A stretch of DNA of 60,248 nt from Clostridiales bacterium (GCA_015058065.1 SVDB01000001.1:1-60248), one strand, 5' to 3'. Shown: positions 45,489 to 55,833, numbered from the stretch's first letter. Notes: generated from the letters alone by a model not told the origin. A program made the numbers and translations.

Positions 45489-46031
45489 TTATCTGATGCG
45501 GCTGATATTGTCTTCACGCAGATCGTGCGCGCCCTTGTTGTCGGTCGCGTATCCCAGAGCCAGCGCTATGACGAAATCGTAGCCCTCAGGGCACTCAAGT
45601 CTGCCCCTCAGTTCATCTGCCTTGCTGCCTATGAACGCCGCGCGCGGGTAACCGAGGATCACGCTGCCCAAACCGAGTCCCTCGGCGGCAAGCGCCATGT
45701 TTTCTACCGCGATCCCGCAATCGATATGCGTCCAGTGGTAATCTTTCTTACCAAAGATGAAGATAACGGTTGGCGCATGGAAAAAGATCTGAAAGTCCGG
45801 TCCGAACAAAGGCTTACCGTCAGGTGTCTGAATGAGTTTGGCCGCTTCGTCATGGATCTCCTGTATGAGACCGGCATTCTGCACTACAGAGAAATGCCAC
45901 GGCTGTCTGTTCTTCGCGCTCGGCGCCTCAAGTCCTGCCTTCAGTATCTGAGCCAGAACGTCTTCAGGCAGCTGATCGCTTTTATAGACGCGGTGTGACC
46001 TTCTGTTCTCTATCGCCTGCAATACTTCCAT
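45489..46031 (-). CDS. nitroreductase-family protein
   Basis: RRSHRVY, APSAKNRQPWHF. 180 aa. GGGGAGG RBS. Confidence 0.85.
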   Translation of the reverse strand: MEVLQAIENRRSHRVYKSDQLPEDVLAQILKAGLEAPSAKNRQPWHFSVVQNAGLIQEIHDEAAKLIQTPDGKPLFGPDFQIFFHAPTVIFIFGKKDYHWTHIDCGIAVENMALAAEGLGLGSVILGYPRAAFIGSKADELRGRLECPEGYDFVIALALGYATDNKGAHDLREDNISRIR

Positions 46032-46256
46032 TTTGATTTCCTCCCCTTTTACGTCCCTGTATATTCAACATCTGAGCGTATGCCTTTTATTGACTGCATT
46101 TCCCGCAGTCGCTGCTTTGACACAGCCGTGCCACGGATTCCAGATGTCGTGCATGATCGGTCATTCCCGCCCTGTCAGGACGCTGAATTTTTTGCTGAAG
46201 AAGATCTACTTGTTCATTTGATAATAGTATTTCCGCAAAATCAAATCAATGATAGT

Positions 46257-47144
46257 TCAATCTGTTGATGTTTTGTCGCTGTTTATGATCAGTATCGCGG
46301 CGATCACCAGTACGATCCCGAGTATCTTCAGGAAATTTGACTCTTCGCGGAAAACAAATATCCCGACAAGCGCGCCTACTATCGGCTCGGACGCGCCGTA
46401 GATCGCGGCTTTTCCGCTCTCTATCAGTCCCAGTCCTTTTGAAAACACGAATTGCGCCAGAACCCCCGTCACAAGGCACATTATGAACGCGACGGCGATT
46501 ATCATTGGCTCAGCCACGCATTTCTCCACTAAGCTCGCGCCTCCGCTGAACGGTATGAGAAAGAGAAAACTGAAAAGCAGTGTATACATCGTAACGGTCT
46601 CAGGATCGTTCTTTTTTACCGCGGCGCTTGTCAGGATGTTATTCAGCGCGTAAGCAAGTCCTGTCAGCACGCCCGTCAGTATAGCGACTGCCGGAGGCGT
46701 GTATCCCTCACCTATCACACCCGTCACGAATACGCAGCCGATGACAGTCAGTACGAGCGCGGCAAGTTTTGCGCGGGTGAACTTTTCTCCAAAGAACAGC
46801 CTGGCCAGGATCATCACAAATACCGGTGATGTGTAGAGCAAGACAACGGCGATGGACGCCCTGCTGTTGATAATGGTGTAGAAATATAAGAAATTAAAAA
46901 GCACGCCATTGATAAGGCCGCACAGCATAATGATCCACAGGTCTTTCAGTTCTATCCTGAACTTTGACCTGTCGCGGACAAGGATGACAAGCGAAAAGAC
47001 CATCACAGACAGCATCTGGCGCAGGAATGATATCTGCATCGTTCCGAGTCCTGCCGCGCTGAGATAGTTGATATAAATGCTGATGCTGCCCCAGCAGGCA
47101 CCGGCCAGTATTACAAGCAACGCCCCTTTTCTGTTACTGCTCAA
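46257..47144 (-). CDS. DMT-superfamily (EamA) transporter
   Basis: Ten TM segments in two EamA repeats. TTG start preceded by AAGGAG at 7-nt spacing. Confidence 0.8.
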   Translation of the reverse strand: MSSNRKGALLVILAGACWGSISIYINYLSAAGLGTMQISFLRQMLSVMVFSLVILVRDRSKFRIELKDLWIIMLCGLINGVLFNFLYFYTIINSRASIAVVLLYTSPVFVMILARLFFGEKFTRAKLAALVLTVIGCVFVTGVIGEGYTPPAVAILTGVLTGLAYALNNILTSAAVKKNDPETVTMYTLLFSFLFLIPFSGGASLVEKCVAEPMIIAVAFIMCLVTGVLAQFVFSKGLGLIESGKAAIYGASEPIVGALVGIFVFREESNFLKILGIVLVIAAILIINSDKTSTD

Positions 47145-47282
47145 TCTATCGCTCCTTTTCGCCTGTTTACAGACATACTATACCACAATAAAAAACCGGG
47201 GCGCTATCGGACCATATGGATCAGGATGGCGCTGCCGGTGTTATTTACGCAATATGCCGCTTTTGTATCCGCGGCATCTCTG

Positions 47283-47768
47283 TCATTCCGCTGAGATAAC
47301 GATAGTCACTTTTTCCGCCCCAAGGAGGTCTTCCAGCTCGCTTTTACTTTTGTTTTCGATATGGCCAAGCCTGGTGTAAGACCATGAGTTGCTCCCATAA
47401 AACACGACTATACTGCTGCCGGTATACAGGACTATATCTCCGGGCTCAGTGGTCGTGCTGACATCGCTGCTCGGGAGGGTCGTTCCTATAGATCCCACCT
47501 GTTCAAACCCGCCGTACTTAGAAGCGTCGATAGTGACCGGCTCCTCCGCGGCAAGCTCCGCGAGCGCTTTTACGGACTCATTGTCTTCCCATGTGACTTC
47601 AAGTTTTTCCCCATTTATCGTCATCATAATGGATGCCATTTCAGTGCTCTCCTCTGTGTTTTCCGTTGTCTGCTCTGCGGCTGGATTTTGCTCAGGCTCT
47701 TTTCCTTCTGTGCATGAAGTCAATATGGCCAGCATCAGTACCAATGTAATTATAAGCAGTCTTCTCAT
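47283..47768 (-). CDS. cyclophilin-like-fold lipoprotein
   Basis: Lipobox LAILTSC. The C-terminal GDIVLYTGSSIVVFYGSNSWSYTRLG segment is as in cyclophilin-like (non-PPIase) family proteins. Confidence 0.65.
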   Translation of the reverse strand: MRRLLIITLVLMLAILTSCTEGKEPEQNPAAEQTTENTEESTEMASIMMTINGEKLEVTWEDNESVKALAELAAEEPVTIDASKYGGFEQVGSIGTTLPSSDVSTTTEPGDIVLYTGSSIVVFYGSNSWSYTRLGHIENKSKSELEDLLGAEKVTIVISAE

Positions 47769-47807
47769 TGCGGTTTTACTCCTGTGCTTTCTGTCAAGAC
47801 CTGAAGC

Positions 47808-48329
47808 TCACAGGGCCTTTGCCATGTTCCTTATTTCATTCAGTGTCTCTTCTGTCACCTCACCGGCAGATGTGAAAAAGCCCTTGTCCTCCAGATCGAG
47901 ATATCCGAGAAAGTCTCCGTCGAACGAGAATCTCGCTCCCGTATACTGGTCTTTATCACCTGAGGCAAGGAACATCGAGATATATTTCAGGCTCTCCGGC
48001 GCTTTCGGGTAAAGCGCAGCGTAAAATCTGTCGACAGCGCATTTGAGTTGCCCGCTGATGCCATGATAATAGATCGGTGAAGCGAGGATAAGCATTTCCG
48101 CATCCTCCAGCGCGGCATATATTTTATCCATGTCATCTTTCTGTACACACTCGCCGTTACCCTTGCCATGGCAATATTCACAGGCCAGGCAGCCCCTGAT
48201 GTTCATACGGCAGACATCAAAGCGCGTGACCTGATGCCCCGTCTCTGCCGCCGCGGCTGTAAAGGCATTTGCCATTTTTACCGTATTGCCATTCGGACGC
48301 GGACTTCCGTTAAGTATTACTGCCTTCAT
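47808..48329 (-). CDS. flavodoxin-family FMN reductase / iron-sulfur flavoprotein-like
   Basis: MKAVILNGSPRPNGNT and CLACEYC motifs. Confidence 0.8.
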   Translation of the reverse strand: MKAVILNGSPRPNGNTVKMANAFTAAAAETGHQVTRFDVCRMNIRGCLACEYCHGKGNGECVQKDDMDKIYAALEDAEMLILASPIYYHGISGQLKCAVDRFYAALYPKAPESLKYISMFLASGDKDQYTGARFSFDGDFLGYLDLEDKGFFTSAGEVTEETLNEIRNMAKAL

Positions 48330-48348
48330 CTCTGTGCCTCTTCATGTA

Positions 48349-49347
48349 TTACAGGTATTTCTCAAAGAATTCCTGCAGCTTGTCGAAAGGGATCGCGCCG
48401 TTTGCGCCGCCATCGTAGAGGTCTGTGTGCGAAGCTCCTTCGATCACAAGCAGTTCCTTATTATCTGTATACTTGTTACCATTGACCATATTATCAAACG
48501 CGTCCTTGCCGAAATAGAAGGAATGCGCCTTATCTCCGTGCATTACCATGACCGCGCTTCTGATCTCATTGGAGTATTTCAGGATAGGCTGATTCATGAA
48601 TGACTCGCATCCGATGACGTTCCATCCTCCGTTTGAGTTGAGTGATCTCGCGTGATAGCCTCTGTCTGTCTTGTAATAAGCATGGTAGTCCTTGACAAAG
48701 TACGGCGCGTCCTCAGGCAGCGGATCGATGACACCTCCTCCGAGCGCGTACTCTCCGGCTTTAAGATCCGCGAGTCTCTGCGCGCACATCGCAGTTCTGT
48801 GGGCGTAACGCTGTTCTTCGCTGTCTTCGGAATCAAAGTAGCCGTTCGCGTTGACTCTTGTCATATCATACATCGTTGAAGCGACTGTCGCCTTGATCCT
48901 TGTATCAAGTGCAGCGGTATTGATCGCCATTCCGCCCCATCCGCAGATACCGATGATGCCGATGCGGTCAGGATCGACTCTTTCGTACAGGGACAGGAAG
49001 TCCACTGCCGCCATGAAGTCTTCAGTATTGATGTCCGGTGACGCCATGTATCTTGGCTGGCCGCCGCTCTCTCCGGTAAAGGAAGGGTCAAAGGCGATAG
49101 TCAGGAATCCTCTCTCTGCCATCGTCTGAGCGTAAAGGCCTGAGCACTGCTCCTTGACAGCTCCGAAAGGTCCGCTTACCGCGATCGCGGGAAGTCTGCC
49201 CTCCGCATCCTTAGGTATATACATATCCGCGGCGAGTGTGATGCCGTAGCGGTTGACGAAAGTTACCTTGCTGTGATCGACTTTGTCACTCTTTGCGAAA
49301 GTCTTGTCCCATTCCTTTACAAGTGCGAGTTCTTCTTTTCTAATCAT
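48349..49347 (-). CDS. alpha/beta hydrolase with a Cys in the nucleophile elbow
   Basis: 332 aa. The elbow reads G-I-C-G-W-G (aa ~133-138) where G-x-S-x-G is usual. Confidence 0.7.
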   Translation of the reverse strand: MIRKEELALVKEWDKTFAKSDKVDHSKVTFVNRYGITLAADMYIPKDAEGRLPAIAVSGPFGAVKEQCSGLYAQTMAERGFLTIAFDPSFTGESGGQPRYMASPDINTEDFMAAVDFLSLYERVDPDRIGIIGICGWGGMAINTAALDTRIKATVASTMYDMTRVNANGYFDSEDSEEQRYAHRTAMCAQRLADLKAGEYALGGGVIDPLPEDAPYFVKDYHAYYKTDRGYHARSLNSNGGWNVIGCESFMNQPILKYSNEIRSAVMVMHGDKAHSFYFGKDAFDNMVNGNKYTDNKELLVIEGASHTDLYDGGANGAIPFDKLQEFFEKYL

Positions 49348-49375
49348 TTCCGATCTCCTTTGATATACGCTGATC

Positions 49376-49621
49376 TCAATTTTTTTCTGCCGTCCTAATA
49401 AGATGATCCATACAGTCGACTTTACGCTGGCTTCTGTGCAGCTCCTCGACCAGGTCGCATCTGCATCTGCGCAGGCATTTTATTATCTCATCATCGAGAC
49501 CTGCTTCGTGCAGTCTGCATACCCTATCGATATCCGCGCTGCTGCATCCCGCGTCACCCATATTCACGATCATTTTTTCAATATCATTGTTCTTCATGTC
49601 TGTATGGTAACTGATTGCCAT
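49376..49621 (-). CDS. small Cys-rich hypothetical protein
   Basis: 81-aa ORF with six Cys, first gene of the operon divergent from a LysR gene. No clear RBS at any candidate start. Confidence 0.4.
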   Translation of the reverse strand: MAISYHTDMKNNDIEKMIVNMGDAGCSSADIDRVCRLHEAGLDDEIIKCLRRCRCDLVEELHRSQRKVDCMDHLIRTAEKN

Positions 49622-49691
49622 GTTATTCGCTAATGGCTATAATGAATATCATGATATTCTTTTTATGCATATCTTGGAAAGGAGCTTCAGT

Positions 49692-50576
49692 ATGGATATC
49701 CGCAGTCTAAGATACTTTCTCGCTGTCGCAAGAGAAGAGAACATGACAAGAGCAGCCGAACTTCTTCATGTGACACAGCCTACCCTGTCAAAGGCTCTTA
49801 AAGGACTTGAGGAAGAACTTGGAAAAAAATTGTTCACACGTAAAAGTTTCAGCATAAGGCTGACTGATGAAGGGATGCTTCTGCGCGACAGGGCCGAGGA
49901 CCTCGTAGCGATGGCTGACAAGATAGAGCATGAATTCACTGCTCTCGACGATATCACCGGCGGAGATCTGTACTTCGGTCTGGCAGAGTCTTATCAAATA
50001 CGGTACCTCGCGCGTGAGATCAGCAGGTTCAAGGCTGCGTATCCCGGGCTTAACTACCATATCACGAGCGGAGACACCGAGCAGGTCACGGAAAAGCTCG
50101 ACAAGGGTCTGCTGGATTTCGCGGTGATATGCAGCGAGCTCCCTGATCCCCGCAAATATGACTACATCACCTTCCCTGAAAAGGATCGATGGGGAGCTGT
50201 GATGTCTACAGACCATACTCTCTCGGGCAAAGACGTCCTCACAGTCGATGACCTTGCCGGACATCCTTTGTTCTGTTCGGAGCAGAGCTGGAACCGGGAG
50301 ATAAGCGAATGGGCCGGTGACAGAGCCGGCGAACTCAGACTTGAGGGCTCGTTCAGGCTGTCTTATAACGGCTCCATGTTCGCGCTTGAGGGGCTTGGAA
50401 TACTGCTGACTTTTGAACATCTTGTCGATTGTTCTGAAGGCAGCGGACTCGTATTCAGACCGCTCTACCCTGTCAAGGAAACGGGTTTCTACCTGATATG
50501 GAGCAAGCATCAGACGTTCACACCTATTGCTGAAAGATTCCTTGCTCAGGTCACGAAGTCTTTCTCGGAGCATTAA
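49692..50576 (+). CDS. LysR-family transcriptional regulator
   Basis: MDIRSLRYFLAVAREENMTRAAELLHVTQPTLSKALKGLE. ATG 49692 follows GAAAGGAG. Confidence 0.9.
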   Translation: MDIRSLRYFLAVAREENMTRAAELLHVTQPTLSKALKGLEEELGKKLFTRKSFSIRLTDEGMLLRDRAEDLVAMADKIEHEFTALDDITGGDLYFGLAESYQIRYLAREISRFKAAYPGLNYHITSGDTEQVTEKLDKGLLDFAVICSELPDPRKYDYITFPEKDRWGAVMSTDHTLSGKDVLTVDDLAGHPLFCSEQSWNREISEWAGDRAGELRLEGSFRLSYNGSMFALEGLGILLTFEHLVDCSEGSGLVFRPLYPVKETGFYLIWSKHQTFTPIAERFLAQVTKSFSEH

Positions 50577-50611
50577 AAAACGGCTGTATTTTTTACAGCC
50601 GCTAGCCCGGA

Positions 50612-51685
50612 CTATTCCATAGCAGTGTACGGTGTTACATCTATCCCGATATCAGCTGCCATGTCAATGCACTCTCCCTGTTTGACAGCGTCAAGGATAA
50701 GGCACCAGGCATGGTATTTATGCAGCAGTTTCCTGCATTTCATAGCTATCGGACATTTATCCGATATCAGTTCTCTGTAATACACGAATATCTCATATAT
50801 CACTTTATAATCATCAAGAATCAATTCCATCGTGTCGGCAGTATCCAGATAGATGGAAATGATCTCATCAGGGTCCTCGATCTCGGATATCCCAGTGATC
50901 GGACCTTCATCAAGCAGTCCCGCGATGATATCTCCGATGCCCCTGAACTCTTCCTGTGACGGACCGTTTCTGAGTACCTCTGCCGCGCCGGACTGCTCCC
51001 AGCATGTCAGCGCTGAGTAAGCAGGCATCACATCATTATGGACGCCATCCGTCAGCAGCCAGCGTCTGATCTCTTCTGTATCCGGATCTAAATGCTCAAT
51101 GGCATGGATGCGCCCCCATCCGTGGGTCTTCTTAGCGAGTTCCCATATTTCATTGTTGCCGTCACCCCAATGGTGCATCACTATGATCGCGAAAAGTGTA
51201 AACTCATCACTGAGGCCGATAGTTCTGACCGCTTTTTTGAGTTTAGGCATTTTATCCGTCTCAAAGAGTTCCAGCAGGGACAATCCGAACTTCACACCCT
51301 CTCTGTCTTCTGATTCAAAGAGAAGATGCATCCCGTAATCGAACAGATTGCCAGGATCGAGCTTGCTGTGATTCTCGGCGATATAATCCTGAAGATCCTC
51401 GAGCACCACGATAGCGCGGAGATTCCTTGCAAGTATCCTGAGCAGATCATCGGCCAGACTGAAATCTCTCTTGGCAGCCGCTCTTATGGCGTCTGTCATC
51501 AGTATGTGATCATCTTCGCTGACTTCGGGCATGCTCGTATGGTATAAGGTGACTCCATCCAACGCCCCATCTGCCCATTTTATTGCCGCCTCACCCTCCG
51601 CATTGTCAGGCAGCGAAAAATCTCCCGGCAATTCACCGTTCACTAACGCGGAAGATACATATTCAAATAATGAAGACTTACTCAT
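50612..51685 (-). CDS. hypothetical protein (alpha-helical, acidic)
   Basis: 357 aa from ATG 51685 (GGAGAG RBS). I recognise no motif. Confidence 0.5.
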   Translation of the reverse strand: MSKSSLFEYVSSALVNGELPGDFSLPDNAEGEAAIKWADGALDGVTLYHTSMPEVSEDDHILMTDAIRAAAKRDFSLADDLLRILARNLRAIVVLEDLQDYIAENHSKLDPGNLFDYGMHLLFESEDREGVKFGLSLLELFETDKMPKLKKAVRTIGLSDEFTLFAIIVMHHWGDGNNEIWELAKKTHGWGRIHAIEHLDPDTEEIRRWLLTDGVHNDVMPAYSALTCWEQSGAAEVLRNGPSQEEFRGIGDIIAGLLDEGPITGISEIEDPDEIISIYLDTADTMELILDDYKVIYEIFVYYRELISDKCPIAMKCRKLLHKYHAWCLILDAVKQGECIDMAADIGIDVTPYTAME

Positions 51686-51789
51686 CTTGATCTCTCCACA
51701 CATCCAGGATCGTTGACACTTATATGATACCATACCGGCCATGGTCCCGTCCGATTGACTTGTTATCAGGATAGTTCCATAATTTGCTT

Positions 51790-53184
51790 ATGAACAATAA
51801 TGACACATCCAAAGGCAACAGGCATATTTTAGCGGCGGCCATGATAACGTCCTTCATGACCACTTTCATGTCGAGCGCGCTCAATCTTTCGGTTCCGTCG
51901 CTCGAAAGTTATTTCGGGGTCAACGCCGCTTTTGTCAGCCTGATCATCAGTTCATACACGATCTCGGTAGCAGCCATGAGTCTGCCGATGGGTAAGATCT
52001 CAGATATAACCAGCCGCAGGATGGTTTTTCTGACCGGTATCGCCGGTTTCGGCATCCTGTCAGCCGCAAGTATTTTCGCGCCATCGATCGTGATCCTTTT
52101 GGTGCTCCGCGCGCTGTCAGGTATTTGCGCAGCCATGATATTCGCTACTAATAACGCTATTCTGATAAGTTCGTTCCCGCATAACGTACAGGGCAAGGTC
52201 CTTGGTTATTCTGTCGCGGCTACATATACAGGTCTTACAGCCGGTCCTGTGGCAGGAGGTCTGCTGAACAGCGCCTTCGGATGGAGATCCATTTTCGCGG
52301 TGTCAGTCATCGTCTCAGCCGCGGCATTTTTCACGGCATTCAGAGCTGTTCCACAGGATACCCCCGCTGCGCATGCTTCCGGAACGGACACTGCCGGCCT
52401 CGCGCTGTACATATCTTCAATAGTTCTCAGTCTGCTCGGAATGACAGGTCTCGGCAGCAATATTGCCGCGCCGTACATGCTCGCGGCAGGGTTGGTCCTT
52501 ATCATCGCCTTCTTTGTTCATGAGTCGAAGCGCGAAAGTGCCGGAAAAAGTTCTGTCATGAGGGTCAGCATGTTCAGGCAAAGCCGGACTTTCACGTTCT
52601 CCAATCTGGCTGCTCTGCTCAATTACGGAGCTACTTTTGCCATCAGTTATGAAATGAGCATTTATCTGCAGGTCATACTCGGCATCCCGTCAGGAAAGGC
52701 CGGTCTGATGCTCGTGACCATGCCCGCGGCGCAGGCCCTTTTGTCACCCATCACCGGAAGTCTTTCCGACCGCGTCAGACCGTCAATACTGGCCAGTACG
52801 GGCATGGGGATATGCGCGCTCACTCTGATGCTTTACTCCCGGATAGACGGGAATACTTCCATATTTTATGTCATGGCTGTGCTGTGCGTGACTGGGATGG
52901 GCTTTGCACTGTTTTCATCTCCCAACACGAATGCCATACTGAGCTGTGTAGGCAAGGAAGACTACGGTGTCGCCAATTCCATAATCGCCACCATGCGCAC
53001 CTACGGGCAGTCATCCGGGATGGCGATCCTCAGCACGATCACCGCGGTCGTACTGGGAAGCGGTACACTTGAAGCATCTCCTCAGGCTGACATACTTCGA
53101 ATGATGCATATATCGTTCATTACGTTCGCGTGTATCTGTCTTCTTGGCCTCTTTTTCTCTCTGGCCCGCGATCGCAGAGCCTGA
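51790..53184 (+). CDS. MFS transporter (14-TM, DHA2/EmrB-like)
   Basis: 14 hydrophobic segments. MFS motif A-like GKISDITSRRMVF. Confidence 0.8.
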   Translation: MNNNDTSKGNRHILAAAMITSFMTTFMSSALNLSVPSLESYFGVNAAFVSLIISSYTISVAAMSLPMGKISDITSRRMVFLTGIAGFGILSAASIFAPSIVILLVLRALSGICAAMIFATNNAILISSFPHNVQGKVLGYSVAATYTGLTAGPVAGGLLNSAFGWRSIFAVSVIVSAAAFFTAFRAVPQDTPAAHASGTDTAGLALYISSIVLSLLGMTGLGSNIAAPYMLAAGLVLIIAFFVHESKRESAGKSSVMRVSMFRQSRTFTFSNLAALLNYGATFAISYEMSIYLQVILGIPSGKAGLMLVTMPAAQALLSPITGSLSDRVRPSILASTGMGICALTLMLYSRIDGNTSIFYVMAVLCVTGMGFALFSSPNTNAILSCVGKEDYGVANSIIATMRTYGQSSGMAILSTITAVVLGSGTLEASPQADILRMMHISFITFACICLLGLFFSLARDRRA

Positions 53185-53192
53185 CTATAAAA

Positions 53193-53218
53193 GGGAGCCT
53201 TGCCGGCTCCCGTTTTTT
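53193..53218 (+). terminator. rho-independent terminator after the MFS gene
   Basis: GGGAGCC-ttgcc-GGCTCCC then GTTTTTTG. Confidence 0.85.
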
Positions 53219-53277
53219 GTTTGATAACAGTGGGCTTTGCTATTAATATGGACATTCTACACACGATCTCGTTGCTG

Positions 53278-53586
53278 TCACGTTATCTGTCTCGCATTCA
53301 TCTTATACTTAGGGTGATACTTAAGGCGCACTGACTGGCCCACTATAAGATCATAGGTCGGGTTGGAAATGACCCCTTCGACTTCTTCTCCATCTTCTGT
53401 CTGATATATTGCGTAATAGATGAATGTGATATCCTCTGTTCCGCCTGAATCCTCGATCCGCGAGATGATTCCTGTGGTTTCGATCCCGTTTTCTTCTATC
53501 TGCTTTTTCATGTTTCGGGATATAAAGATGATAACCGCGCATATCACAATAAATACAGCCCACATGATCACGCCTTTCACACCCAT
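53278..53586 (-). CDS. DUF3592-like small membrane protein
   Basis: One N-terminal TM followed by a beta-rich domain (GIISRIEDSGG...YYAIYQTEDGEE). AAGGAGG RBS. Confidence 0.55.
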   Translation of the reverse strand: MGVKGVIMWAVFIVICAVIIFISRNMKKQIEENGIETTGIISRIEDSGGTEDITFIYYAIYQTEDGEEVEGVISNPTYDLIVGQSVRLKYHPKYKMNARQIT

Positions 53587-53609
53587 TATTGATCCTCCTT
53601 AAAAAGATG

Positions 53610-53876
53610 TCAGTATGTCCTGAATCTGCGCTCGCTTTCGACTGGCGGAATAGCTTTTACATCCATATTCTCTATACGCACAAATGAGCCCCGCTCGATC
53701 GCTATGATCACATTGTCTATCTGTTCCTGTGTCCCCTGGATCTCCATAGACACGGATCCATCCGGTTCATTCCTGACCCAGCCTGTGACACCATAATGAT
53801 CCGCGGCATGTCTGGCCCGATATCTGAATCCAACCCCCTGGACCCATCCTTTGAATATTATGTGTTTGCGCTGCAT
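53610..53876 (-). CDS. acylphosphatase
   Basis: KGWVQGVGFRY and GWVRN motifs. Start at ATG 53876, because the longer track ORF runs through the upstream terminator. Confidence 0.85.
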   Translation of the reverse strand: MQRKHIIFKGWVQGVGFRYRARHAADHYGVTGWVRNEPDGSVSMEIQGTQEQIDNVIIAIERGSFVRIENMDVKAIPPVESERRFRTY

Positions 53877-53945
53877 GATCTTACCTGAATACTGAAATAT
53901 GTTCACATCTTTATGATACCACATCGCTTTGAATCTGCTGCAGAA

Positions 53946-53977
53946 ATAAAAAACGGCTGCGCGTTTCAACAGCCGTC
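53946..53977 (-). terminator. rho-independent terminator closing the ATPase operon
   Basis: The minus strand reads ACGGCUG-10 nt-CAGCCGU then UUUUUAUUU. Confidence 0.7.
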
Positions 53978-54100
53978 TATGGCGGAGCCCTGACATCGAC
54001 ATGTGACCTTAAAAAGACTGGATCGTACAAACGTTGAAATTCCAAAGAGGAAAAGGACCGTCCTCGTTTGTACCCAGAATTGTGCCCAATATTGTATCTG

Positions 54101-54937
54101 CTAGAGCTCTATCGTTTCGGTTTTTATCTCTTTATCATGACTGCAAAGAACAGCTGCACATGCAGTGTCATTTGCTTCCTTTGCGACCCAGCGCAGAGTT
54201 TTGAATTGCAGTGCCGGATCAGCGGCGAATCCCGGTGCTTCCATCTTTTCCCAGCTGCGCGGAGATACGGCAGCGTCCGAAGCCAGAAGCACATACCTCT
54301 CTTTATTTCTGACAATGACTCCGCAAAGCCCGTCTGTATGCCCCGGCATATTCACCATCATGATGCTGCCGTCACCTGTGATATCTATGGCTTTGTTCAT
54401 CGGGCCAAGCAGATGGCCTCTGAAGAACACTCTTTCCGCACCCTCTACATCCCATAGCTGCTCCGGCTGTCTGATACGGTATTTCGTCCTTACCGACCAG
54501 TATGCTTCATCCTCAGGTATCACTATCCTCTTTGCCCGGCTCACCGATCTGAGTCCCGAAACATGATCCGGATCAAGATGTGTAATGAGCACTGCGTCTA
54601 TATCTTCCTGCCTTATACCCATGGATCTCAGCTGTTCATCCACTGCCATGCCCGCAGGTACGTATGGCCTGTACAGCGCGGCCAGGTGCGCGGGCAGAAC
54701 GCTTTTTACAGCTTTGGGATCATAGACTCCATCCGGACTGATATCTCTGCTCCAGCCTGTATCCACAAGAAAAAGCCCTGCCGGATGCTCTATCAGATAT
54801 GAAAACACCGGGAGTGTTACCCGTTTGCGATCGGGAGCCATAACGGCTTTCCGGAAGCCAGTCATTATACTGCCGCCGCCGTACGGCAGATCCTCATGTA
54901 TTCTTATGAACCCGCAATTCAGTATGTGTATTTTCAC
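54101..54937 (-). CDS. MBL-fold metallo-hydrolase
   Basis: THLDPDHVSG (HxHxDH-type motif variant) and downstream His/Asp ligands. The GTG start overlaps the upstream TGA (GTGA). Confidence 0.8.
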   Translation of the reverse strand: MKIHILNCGFIRIHEDLPYGGGSIMTGFRKAVMAPDRKRVTLPVFSYLIEHPAGLFLVDTGWSRDISPDGVYDPKAVKSVLPAHLAALYRPYVPAGMAVDEQLRSMGIRQEDIDAVLITHLDPDHVSGLRSVSRAKRIVIPEDEAYWSVRTKYRIRQPEQLWDVEGAERVFFRGHLLGPMNKAIDITGDGSIMMVNMPGHTDGLCGVIVRNKERYVLLASDAAVSPRSWEKMEAPGFAADPALQFKTLRWVAKEANDTACAAVLCSHDKEIKTETIEL

Positions 54938-55833
54938 AGCAACTTAAGTCCTTTTGTCATAAGCAGGAGTCCCAGGGTGACTATCAGCACCGTGCTGACT
55001 CTCGTGATGTACTTATTATACCTCTTCGGAATGAATTTCCCGAACATTCCGAAAAAGATCATGAGCACGCATGTCCCCATTCCGAATGCGAACATCGAAG
55101 CAGCCCCGGATCTCCAGGAGCCGGAGGCAGCAGCAAACATCCACATAGCCGTCAGCGCTCCGCATGGCATCAGTCCCGTGAGCAGCCCTACAATGACGGG
55201 TCCTCCTCTGAATCTGCATGGCTTTGTCAGTTGAGGGCTGATGCGCCTCAGGAACGGAACGCCCCACATCATAAGTCCGATGATGACAACAAGCAGCCCG
55301 CACATCGTTAGAAGCATGCTTTTGAATTCCGTATCATAGCTAATCACCGTCCCCATGGCGCCGAATACTGCACCGACAATGGTATAACTTATGAGCCTTG
55401 TCCCATTGTACATCAGCGCATTGTTCTGAGTGAGCATTATGCCTCCGCACATGCCTATGCAATGCGCGCCTGTAAGAACACCTATCATGAATAGCAGTCC
55501 AAAGGATGCTCCCCGCTCTGCCTGCGGGATATCTACCATACCGGTAATGACCGGGACAGCAAAATACAGCAGCACTACCGCCGCTGCAGAAATGATGTCT
55601 GACCTTATCCCGCTCTTTCCTTCTCCTGCGGGATAACCGATATCCGACAGTTTCTTTTCTATGCTTTCAGCGCTTATGATATCCGGAGCATACTGAACTA
55701 TGACTTCGCTTTTTCTGTAGCTTGCGTCAGCAGAAAGTACTCCGCGCATGTGTATCAGCGCCTGTGCGATCTCATCCTCGCACTGAGGACAAATCATGCC
55801 GTCGACTCTTTTTCTGAAGGTTTCTCTATCCAT
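54934..55833 (-). CDS. HMA-domain protein fused to a DsbD_2/TauE-like six-TM membrane domain
   Basis: The N-terminal ferredoxin-like HMA domain has GMICPQCE. The membrane part has GAHCIGMCGG. ATG 55833 overlaps the ATPase stop by 8 nt. Confidence 0.7.
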   Translation of the reverse strand: MDRETFRKRVDGMICPQCEDEIAQALIHMRGVLSADASYRKSEVIVQYAPDIISAESIEKKLSDIGYPAGEGKSGIRSDIISAAAVVLLYFAVPVITGMVDIPQAERGASFGLLFMIGVLTGAHCIGMCGGIMLTQNNALMYNGTRLISYTIVGAVFGAMGTVISYDTEFKSMLLTMCGLLVVIIGLMMWGVPFLRRISPQLTKPCRFRGGPVIVGLLTGLMPCGALTAMWMFAAASGSWRSGAASMFAFGMGTCVLMIFFGMFGKFIPKRYNKYITRVSTVLIVTLGLLLMTKGLKLL

